Source of the DNA: Zygnema circumcarinatum SAG 698-1b
Lineage: Eukaryota; Plantae; Zygnematophyceae
Direction: 5' to 3'
Assembly (NCBI GenBank): GCA_037447605.1
Contig: CM074804.1
Location: 3,325,909-3,389,908 of the forward strand
Length of the DNA: 64,000 nucleotides
Part shown: one piece after another, positions 49,101 through 64,000 of the stretch
Layout of the letters: every line of letters begins with the position of its first letter
Numbering within the stretch: position 1 is the first letter of the stretch
Made by a program: the position numbers and the translations under genes
The notes under the pieces: model-generated
What the model saw: only the letters and a program-made list of their open reading frames with translations
The model's database searches: none
Told to the model about the DNA's origin: nothing

Positions 49101-51357
49101 CGTTTGGAAGTAGAGGCTGGGTCACGAAAGGGAGAGGAGTCTGGGAACAAGGCTAAGATGCCGAGGTGGGGAGGAGAGACTGCCCCCCTCTCTTTGAGGG
49201 AAGAAGAGTTGCATCTGCCGAAGCTGACCATGGGACTGGCAGCACACTCTATGGAAAGCCCCAAGAAAGTAAGTATGAGTGTTCAAGAAGACTCTATTCT
49301 GCAAATCAGCAATGCAGGTAAGACTGGCAGAGAGTGGGAGGGAAAGAACAATGAAGGGCCTTCTCATAACTTTGAGAGCCATAGTGAAGCGCCGCGGGAC
49401 AGAGGAAGCGTGAAATGTGTTGATTTTTGGGCCCCTGATTCCACCAGGGAAGCACCTGCTCCAGCTGATTCTTCGGACATGGTTAAGCCGTACCCCCCTT
49501 TTAGCGATGAAGGAAAGGAGAGGGAGAATGAGAAGTGGCAAAACAAGACAGAATGCGGAAAGTCCAAATTTGCTGATGGCAAGGAGAGCAATATCCGTCC
49601 TCATGCTTCGGGGAGTCCTCCGCTCAAACATAGCAGTGAACAGAGTGAGGAGAAAGCCGCCACTCTATCCATATTAGGTGAGGTAGCAGGAGGCAGCCGT
49701 GGTGGCCAAGCAGCAACTCCACCTGAGATAGAGCCACGAACCTGCTCTGAAAAGACTTTTTTGAGTGAGGAACAGTGGGAAAATCTGAAGCTTTTGGCGC
49801 TGGGGGAGTATGAGAAGAAAAAGGGTAGACCCCATGTGGTGAAGGGAGCGCTGCACTATGGGCGATTCTTGGAGGAGTGTGTGGAGTGGGCCCCCGGTGT
49901 ATGGCTGAGTGCGAGCGTACTGCTGGGAGCCTACCATCGCTGGGCGCACACCCACTCTCCGCCCTCTAATGATGCCTGCATCAAAAACCTTCAACAGCAG
50001 GTGTGTGGTGGTCATAACGCCTAACTCCATTAGTAACGTTTCTTTGCATCTTGGGCACGCGCTCACACCTGCGTATTCTTTTCTTGATGTGCAGGCCATG
50101 ATTTTGGGTCCTCTTGCTTTGAACCTTAGGAAAAAGCACTTCCATTGCGGCTCCCGCCTACGTACTGTGGGGATGAACTACCGTGGGATCACACTACGCT
50201 ACTCAGCGCTGCCGGCTACGACTCCGTCATTCTCTCTCTTGAGTGGAGCTATGGAGGGAGAGACTGACACCGACACATATGCTGACGATGACACTGTAGA
50301 TGATGATGGCATGTCAGAGATGCATTCTGAGAGGTCCCGCACGCAGAGTACAAGGGAGGAGGAGGAGAAAACGGCCACAAATGAAGGCTTTAAAGCTGCT
50401 CGTATTGTTTCCTTTGTCATGGCGGACTCTCACTCGGATGGTCTCAGTCTGTTGAGGGGTTCAGAATTGGCAGATGGAGAAACCCCTGCCGTGGAAGCAA
50501 GCGACGCGAGTGAGAAACTGGCAGAGATTTCAGAGAGCTCGTGCAAGCAGGTGGTGGGAACAGGCAGTGCTGGTGGGGAAGGGGAGGGAGAAACGAGGAG
50601 AGGGGAAGGAGGGGAGGGAGAGGGAACCCGAAACAATAACAGAAACAGCCCGAATCATAATGGAGAACTTGCATGCAGTTCTTCACGCGGGCGGAGCCCT
50701 GCGCCACTGAAAGTGGAAGGCGTTATTTCTCCATCTGCGTTCGGACCGCAAGAGATTCCATCCTGTTTGCGTAGAATTTTGACAGCTGTGGGTTGTAAGT
50801 CGGTGCCTGAAATCAGGACGTTTGAATCTCCACTACTGCACCGAAAAGAGGCTGGAACTAACTCCGCAGTTGACGGGAAAACCAATCACACAATCTCGCC
50901 TCCCCGAGGTAGTGTCAGTTCTCCCACCAGATCCGACGAGTATCCATGTGACGAAACGCACGAAGCTGATAACAGGGACGGCCTTTCTGAGAGCGTGTGC
51001 CAGGATAGCAGACAAATGAAAATACCCAAATCCGTACAAAAGGGCTTCACTATGCCTTCTCCTTCTCCCTTTCCTCCTGCTCCCCGAGGAGTTGGGAAAG
51101 GCGCTGTGCGGCTTGGGGGGTCCATGCATGGCCCAATTGGTGTGCAGATCGGCACGTGCGCTGACGGAAGTGTGGAGGGCCAATCCCAGGCCAGCGCGGT
51201 CCTCCCAAAGGGAGGCTCCCTAGGGAAGGGCAGGCCCCCCGGCTCCGCCTCTGGGGCTCCAAGCGCCAATGGGAGCGCGACACTTGTCCGCCCTGCAGCG
51301 ACGAGAGTGGCGACAGTCGGTTGTGGTGCGGAGGAAGGGAAGCTCGGGAGGTGGTGA
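46199..51357 (+). CDS. Large uncharacterised protein: N-terminal coiled coil, ~1000-aa disordered region, D5/RFX-like winged-helix domain, acidic and disordered tail; 3' end uncertain
   Basis: Exon 1 MKRLRNG..RYLKQELE joins the 1085-aa ORF 46767-50024. A phase-0 intron at 50001-50094 joins that to ORF 49909-51357. Confidence 0.75.
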
Positions 51358-52195
51358 GGCTGCTGCTGCTTGGGGGGGGGGTCGAGGTCAGGGAAAGGTG
51401 CGAGGACCGCTTTTCTTTTTTCTTTTCTCGAACTCAGAGCTTTGTGCTGGACGGGAGCACGAGGGGAGGAGGAGGCGTTCTCGACTTCGGCTGGGAGGGG
51501 AGGACAGCCTTTGCTGCGGCAAAAAGACTGGGTTGTGAATTTATGTACATGGTAGGCAGTGGATTGCGAATTTATTAACGAAGCTCGATTCTGTGTTATG
51601 GGGACCTGCGATTTTTGTATGTGAAGGAGGGCAGTTTTAGGTTTTTTGCTGGCCATTTTGCGGCGTGGAGCTGAATGGTGTCCGCATAATGGAGATGGTG
51701 CTGCTTCCTCTCCAACCCACCGCCCATGCTGCGTATCTGCAGCACCATGCCTGCTCATGTCTTGGTCAGAGTCCGACCCTGGGCTCATTCTTGCTGCCAC
51801 GTACTACTGCCAATGGCATTTATTTTTAGTAAAAAATATGGACTGCCCAAATATCTCAAAGTATGTGGAAGATGTGAGCGTTGTCGTTTCCACGAGAAGC
51901 AAAGGCATGTAAAACACGATTTTGTAGAGGACGAAGGGCCCATCAGAAGCAAGCGCATGAGCATGGGGTATGCGCTTCCGCATGCGTGCTCCGACATGGC
52001 GGACACCTTCAAAGTCGTCCTTCTTCTGTGAAGGCTGCGCTTCGTAGAAAACTTAAAAGTGATCCATCCATCCGCTTGCACGCACCCACCCGCAGCGCAT
52101 TGAATTGGAGGCTGCGCACCGCTCGCTCTGACGGTCGGAGGGAGTCCAGATCTCTTCTCCTGCGCTGAACATCATACTGTACCATGCTCACCCAA

Positions 52196-52530
52196 GGCCC
52201 ATCGCTTCCTTATATTCCTCCACTGAAAATTAAACCGAGCAACAAACCACGAGGACCTGACGGCCCCACCGCTTCCTTACATTCCTCCACTGAAAATAAA
52301 ACCGAGCAACAAACCACGAGGACCTGACGGGCCCACCGCTTCCTTACATTCCTCCACTGAATTTTAAACCGAGCAACAAACCACGAGGACCTGACGGGCC
52401 TACCGCTTCCTTACATTCCTCCACTGAAAATAAAACCGAGCAATAAACCACGAGGACCTGACGGGTCCCACCGCTTACATTCCTCCACTGAAAATAAAAC
52501 CGAGCAACAAACCACGAAGACCTGCCGGGC
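52196..52530 (+). repeat. Minisatellite, 5 x 67 bp
   Basis: Unit is about gggcccaccgcttccttacattcctccactgaaaataaaaccgagcaacaaaccacgaggacctgac. The cgctt anchor recurs at 52203, 52270, 52337, 52404 and 52472; the last unit has a 4-nt deletion. Confidence 0.97.
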
Positions 52531-52704
52531 GGTCGGCGCGAATTAACTTTCCGTCACATCACGCGCCCCTGCTCGCCGTACAGTGCCGCCGGGCAGCCGC
52601 CATCCGTACAGTGGCGTCAGGTCGCGACAAACGCCGCCCCCAGTTCGCGGTGCGTCCTCAAATGCCCGCCCGCCCGCTCGCGCCGGCCCGCCATTGGCCG
52701 GTCG

Positions 52705-52940
52705 GCCACGTGGCGCGCGGAGCGCCCTCAGCCGCGCATCTCCGATCGCGGCGGCCGCCTTACGCTGCGCCACGTGGCCCGCCCTTTGCGGCCCGCCGCG
52801 AGGGGCCAGGGCCGCCGCGTCCGTCCAAACCCGCCGCCGAAAGGGTTCAGCTCCAGGTGGCGCAAGCAAAACTCGCCAGCGAAGCTTCGCGGCACCTGCC
52901 GCAGGAGGGCGGGCGCGCCTCGCAACGGCCGCCACGTGGC
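52705..52940. promoter_or_regulatory. Three perfect palindromic G-boxes (GCCACGTGGC) in the L-aspartate oxidase promoter
   Basis: At 52705-52714, 52769-52778 and 52931-52940. Also ATTGG (reverse CCAAT) at about 52693 and CCGTACAGTG twice (52576, 52604). Confidence 0.65.
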
Positions 52941-53062
52941 CGCCCTGACAGTGCCCCCCCGCCCTGGCCCGCGCGCGAGTTAGGCCGGGCGCAGGCAGCA
53001 GTTGGAACGCATTTCGCAGCCTGTTCGGGCAGGCAGGCAGGAAAGCAGGCGGGGAGGCAGTC

Positions 53063-58652
<5,590 letters not shown>

Positions 58653-59060
58653 GGGAGGGAACTGGGATTTGTATAGGGAGGGGGGGTTGACAGGGGGAAT
58701 AAAGGGGCTGAGTAGGGGGTTCCATGAGGGAGGATGGTATTCATGCTCCAGTAGAAACTAGGAAGGACGGGTTTAGGCTGGAGGATAGGTAGTCGCATTT
58801 TTTATATTAGGGTGCAGGAAAAAGCATATAGTGCCCCATGTTTTCTGTTCCTCATCAATCCTGTGCAGTTATCTCGTGAGCGCTGAGCGTTTTGCTGATG
58901 ATTTGTGACATTTGCACATGGAAATGAAATTGGAGAATTGATGGAAGGACAGAAAATGGAACATGGCAAGAACGCTTGTTACAATGTGAACACAATGGGG
59001 AAGAAAAAAAAATTGATAACAAATTGCGTTCCTGACAAATAACTCCAGTGCCCACATTCC

Positions 59061-61829
59061 TCACGCTCGGTGCGTTCTCTTGCCGACAGCCATAGCTAAC
59101 TTGTTATCAATGTTGAGAGAAATGTCGAGGGCCTTCACGGAGTGCGTGAGTGCTCCGCTGCACAAAAGACAGATGGGCCCATGTTTCAGTGATTTATTCC
59201 GTGGCTTCAGCTGGCTAAACTCTTCCTCACGAAAGGAGAGGTCGTATATTTGCTGCAGAATTCATCTCGGACACCTAGCCTTCAAACAGAGGACGAGCAG
59301 AGTGGCACAGTTCATCTCTCACCTTGAAATGAAAGTCACTCCGGTGCGTCCAATTGCTGACACGGTTTCAAGTGTAACATTGCCTGATGCCTGCAAAATT
59401 GGAAAAAAATAGGACAACCATCATTAGGTAAAAAAACCATGTTCGCCTTCTTGTAATATTTGAACCTGCAGTTAAGATTTATGACAGATACTCCTCTCCC
59501 CCTTAAAGGCCTGAATCCCCAACTGGTAGTTTACTTGTATTCCTGCAGCTTTGAAGGCCCACCTCTGTCTCAAGCTGCCCTCCAACGAGTTTCACTGCTT
59601 GCTCCAACATGGACACATCCAGGTCCCCTGATGGCAGAGGGGCCGCCATGTTGTCCAGCATGATGCGAGTGACTCTTCCTCTCCCCTCCCCGCGGCATCG
59701 GAGCACTTCTTCCACTTCTTCAAGCGTCCGCGTCTCCACCTGCAAGCGCCATTAAGGACTATAAGTGAAATGAGGCAAACATCAAGTCACTGATCAAACT
59801 ATAAAGAAGGATAATGTCGGATGGACATGCCTTGACGTAGTGTAATTCAGGAAAGGATGCTTACTTCTACACCCATGTCAATCTCAGCGTCTTGAAGATA
59901 CTTCTGAGCTGCTGCAATGGCCTGCGGAATACCCCCTGCAGCTGCAATATGGTTGTCTTTAATCATCACCATGTCGAACAGACCCAGCCGATGATTCTCT
60001 CCACCACCAATCAGTACCTGCCAAGATATGAGGCACACAGCTACTTCAGCTCAGGTGACTGCAAACGACGCAGAACTCATACTATTTCCCTCGAGCAAGG
60101 GCGGAAGTAGAGGTCAGTCCTGATGCCAACGCGGGGGAATCACCTACAGCCCATTTATCCGCCAGCCGCAAGCCAGGAGCTGTCTTCCGAGTCTCCAAAA
60201 TCCTGGCTGGCTTTGCAGCTTCGGCCATTTTCTGCAAAAAGTAGAAAATGCTCCACGTGAACTGGAGGAACAGATGGCTGTCTATGAAAGACAGCAGTCT
60301 CTCCTTCCTTCCATCCACTACGCAAAGCAGTCTATGCAACCATGTGAGGCTGGCCTTCTCTGACTACAATTGGAGAACATTAGAAAACTAAATATGGCAA
60401 TTTCGGCTCTAACCCGTGTGGCAGTCGCGATACCACTCATCCGTTGCATGAAGTTGAGGGCAATTCGCTCGGCTACCAAAATGCTCCTGGCTTTGCCTGC
60501 AGCCAGAGACCCCAACAGTTGAGTTTCGTGCCGAAGACCAGTATGAATGCTGCCAGACCTCGGCCTACGGCATAGAATGGAAAGTTGGCGCTCCAAGATT
60601 TAAAACGGCTTTACGTATTCAAAGCTCCTTTCTACATCAGGAAATTGGAAAAAAATCACAGAATAGTGGCCGCTTGTGTGAAGTCAAGCAAATGCCCGAA
60701 AAGTGAGCTGCTGTACATTGAAAAGCGAACAGCTATGTATGTATCCAGAGTTTGTAATTTAAAGTATATCCCGTCTCATGCCTTGAAAAAAGTCATATAC
60801 AAGTACCTTTCAATACCCCAAATTCGGTGCCTTTTGTCACGAAATCTCCATCCTCTAACGTCCATTGAACCTGGAACTCTACAAATTGGTCACATTATGA
60901 GTTGTATGTTCATATTACGTCCAATCAAAAGCTTCGTTGCCCCTTAACTATCGTGCAACATCTGACCAGATAACATGGGGAGCATTCAAGGTTTCAAAAG
61001 GTTCACGAAAACTGACATCTCCTTCGACCAAGAATATATAGAATTTTTTACGAGGAGAACCTTGCGCAATTTGTCAAATTTTGTCCCGAACGAGAGGTTC
61101 CCGACATTTAGGATGATATTTTCCATCTTCAGCCAGTATCCTTTAATTTACTTTAAAAAGAGTTTAGGTTCTAAGAGTTCCCCAAAAAGGCCACGGCCGA
61201 TGGACATTTTTAACCATTGTGGTAGAGAGCCATATCTGCACAACTCGAATCGCCTTCCTTTAGTGACACTGGTAGCAGACGTGCAGACGTACCTGCAGCT
61301 CGGGATCCACTTCTTGGAAAACAACTTCTGCAACGGTCAATCCTGCGAGCACGCCGTCAGCTTTTGCCAAGAAAGTAGCTTCCGCAAGCGCCTCAGGTGG
61401 TATAGTCGCAGCGCACGTTACATCTCCTGCAGAGCGTGGGGAAGTTATCGAAGCATTGAGTCACCTCGAGAGTCAAATGTTCTCTCCTGGTGCCACATTG
61501 CCTCGAAAAACTCGACAGCACGCAGGGAAAGAACTTTTTACACCTATAAAGCCTCACTAATTAATCGACCAAAGCGACTTAGTTCTGTAGGTAAAACTAA
61601 AGTGCCAAGTAAGGGTTAATTAAAGCGCAGAAATCCGTCCTTTTTCGTGCACTGCTGCAGTGCCTGGAAACACGAACGTAGCAAGCTTCTTACTTTATAC
61701 CATCAAGGAGCGGAATGTAGTGGCCTGTCAAAAAAACAGCTCACCGCGGTCTCCCGCATCTTCAGCCAACGCAATGCGAACGATGCTCAAGATGTCCGCT
61801 GTTGGATGAGTTGGAGGCGGAATCTTCAT
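59061..61829 (-). CDS. nadC: Quinolinate phosphoribosyltransferase (nicotinate-nucleotide pyrophosphorylase), multi-exon; N-terminus uncertain
   Basis: Exons read [16 protein letters not shown]|[16 protein letters not shown]|VQW..DGD|[23 protein letters not shown]|[18 protein letters not shown]|[23 protein letters not shown]|[13 protein letters not shown]|[16 protein letters not shown]|[17 protein letters not shown]. Confidence 0.96.
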
Positions 61830-62215
61830 GTTGACTGAAACCATAAAAAACGCGGCAGGAGAAACACGATGGTCAAACAAGAGTGCAAGCAGAGCAAAGT
61901 TCCATTCAGAAGCTGCAATTGCTGAGCAAGTATCCGCGTGCAGGCTAAAAGTGGCAAGAAAACAGGCAAATTACCAGAGCGGTACTAATGTCCGGAATTC
62001 TGCCCCCGCATGAGCAGAGCAGGCAGGGGAAGAGGGCGGCTTTGGGAGGCTTCATCGCATATCGTCGAAGCCCATTATCCACATTTCGGTATTATCGTAA
62101 CGGGAATATTCGATTCAGAGAAACAGGTATGAAGGGAACGGAGGGGAAGCAAGCTCCCACTATCTGAAATCAGAAACGTAAACGAAAGTAGAAGTGGTTC
62201 AAACATTTACCTTAG

Positions 62216-62341
62216 GTCCTCTTTCCTTTTGTGCTTAGGTCCTTTGCGACCAGTTCTTTGTGGTTCCCCATGATGCTGATTTTGTCCATGTACATTTGAT
62301 GGCATCATCGCTATCGTGAGGTCAATGCCACATCATTTCTC
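62216..62341 (-). mobile_element. Dispersed repeat family copy C, flanked by a 10-bp direct repeat (candidate TSD)
   Basis: The reverse complement aligns to copy B over about 105 bp with few mismatches. TTTACCTTAG occurs at both 62206-62215 and 62342-62351. Confidence 0.7.
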
Positions 62342-62836
62342 TTTACCTTAGTATTGGTGAGTTATTGAATGGAGTAGATGAAGTGATGCACAAGAGGTTC
62401 TCGTACGCTTATATACTTGAATTTGTCTCAATTTTACGATTGCCGGGGAACGGTACCATAGTCTTGCCACAAACATCAGAAAGGAAACAATCAAATGAAT
62501 CGCTGATAGTACCAAGTTTTGATCAACCAAAGGAAAGCCACCTCTATGGCATCGACACATTCAAAGGTTAAAAACGTCTACAAATAAAACCTGAGCACCT
62601 CATGAAGCTCCTTTGGTATGAATCCAAGCGGCAAGAGGACGCCTTTCATTCTGAGACTTTCAGGTGTATAAAACGAGTGACCACTCCTACAACATGGAGC
62701 GGCTCCTTATAACTGTTCGCTAATGGGAATTGAATGTCAAACATGCTCTGCATCTTGTGCTCACAACATTCCGCTGTACTTCGCCTAACCCATGCTCCAT
62801 ACTGAATCATATAACTAAAGAACAATGAACTCAATG

Positions 62837-64000
62837 CTATGAATCAGATGCACCCCTGTTTTGTACCAAATGCAGAGCTTCCCACTCCTGTCCCGGCTGC
62901 AGCGTTACTCCCTCTCTCGCGACACTTGAAGTCAAGCAGACAACGCGATCCCGTGCCATCAAGTTGCTCTCGGCCCCCCAGACATTCACTACCAGATCTT
63001 CAAAACCTCGGCGATCCACCTGAAACGCCCTCCGCTTTCCCTGCAGAAATCACGTGCAGCAAAATGCGCTCTAGTAAGGTAATGTTTGTCCCAAAAGTAG
63101 CTCTTACAAGACTGAGAACTCTGGCAGTTCTTCCACAGATAAACAAATCCAGAAAGCTCCCTCCATAAAATCACCGACATGAGGAACTAGTCCGCGTTTG
63201 AAATATATTTTATATGTGCAGCTGCAACTTCATGTGTTGAATCCCAAAAAAAGATTCAGACCTTTGTAAAATTACTACTCCAGAAACAGCCAAGAAGTAG
63301 CAGGATTAGTTGTTCAGGAGAGGAGTTCGGAAAGAGAAGCAAAAGCTGTCAATACAGAGCAACACAAACTCAGGACCTTCAACCTTGCCATTAGCTCTGC
63401 TCTGAGGCAGATGAAACTTGTAACCCTTCAAGTGCCTGTCCGTTAGTCAGTGCCACCTAAGTAGAGAAAATGAAGTCCTTGATCCCCACAAGAAAGGTGA
63501 AGAAGCTGACTTCACTCAGAAATCGAAACATTTAGTTGACGTACTCCCAAAAAATTCTGTCAAGGTGCGAATCACTATGGAGAACGATGCAGCTTTCAAC
63601 CGCATTGTAATAAATATTACTTCTAACTGAAATGCGCTTGACGAAGCTTACCCGATCCAACAAGGTCACAGCTAAAGGAGCAGCGTTGTAAAGCCGCTCC
63701 ACGGGGGCGGTCAACCGTGCATACTCCTCTCCATGACGCATAGACTCACTAGACCATCGAGTGCTTGTTGATACTTTCTCGAAATCAGCAAAGGTCGCAT
63801 TTGAGCGTTCAAAGCTCCTCCCCTCTGGTATTGTTTTATCACTAACTTCCTTCGAAGAAGCTTCCGCTTTTTCGACAATCCGCTTGGTAGAAACTGTCCG
63901 CTTATCTACCTCTTCATTCTTGCCAGCTTGAGTTCTCCAGCCCAGGGAATCCCACCAAGCTCCTCCTCCAACAATCTTCTGAACTGATGCTTCTCGAGGT
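62837..64000 (-). CDS. NDF5: NDF5/PnsB2-like galactose-mutarotase-fold protein, last two exons (63652-64000 and 62837-63040); 5' part outside window
   Basis: EEYARLTAPVERLYNAAPLAVTLLDR|GKRRAFQVDRRGFEDLV..VVCL..VTLQPGQEWEA resembles the NDF5 C-terminus as I recall it. A generic G6P-1-epimerase paralog cannot be excluded. Confidence 0.6.

Noticed and set aside
50886-51800. 304-aa minus-strand ORF (likewise 18728-19363 and 47540-47998)
   Set aside because: Antisense shadows of real exons with no recognisable domain.
52196-52530. CRISPR array
   Set aside because: Units are contiguous and near-identical with no unique spacers, there are no cas genes, and the context is eukaryotic.

Overview
This is intron-rich, gene-dense eukaryotic nuclear DNA with land-plant-like proteins and GC/CpG-rich promoter islands. 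That pattern fits a streptophyte green alga such as Klebsormidium; the organism is my inference. About 12 protein-coding genes can be reconstructed by joining ORF fragments at splice sites: BAP31 (3' end), TRM7/FtsJ tRNA 2'-O-methyltransferase, an unknown gene with a possible P-element-transposase-like segment, WDHD1/Ctf4, peroxisomal malate synthase, AP-5 zeta, a plastid ferredoxin/metallo-beta-lactamase fusion, an OPR/RAP protein, a large disordered protein with a D5/RFX-like winged helix, L-aspartate oxidase, quinolinate phosphoribosyltransferase, and an NDF5-like gene (3' end). A 100-N assembly gap lies at 44772-44871. The strongest leads are: (1) two de novo NAD+ biosynthesis genes (AO/nadB and QPT/nadC) tail-to-tail about 0.4 kb apart; (2) an intron-split winged-helix domain resembling RFX or the C-terminus of viral/phage D5 primases; (3) a promoter-proximal dispersed repeat family with a hairpin core, inverted arrangements and one 10-bp TSD; (4) a possibly domesticated P-like transposase fragment; (5) a 5 x 67-bp minisatellite and three perfect G-boxes upstream of nadB. 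All family calls come from recalled motifs, with no database search. Exon boundaries and coordinates were read by eye, and several start and stop positions are uncertain.
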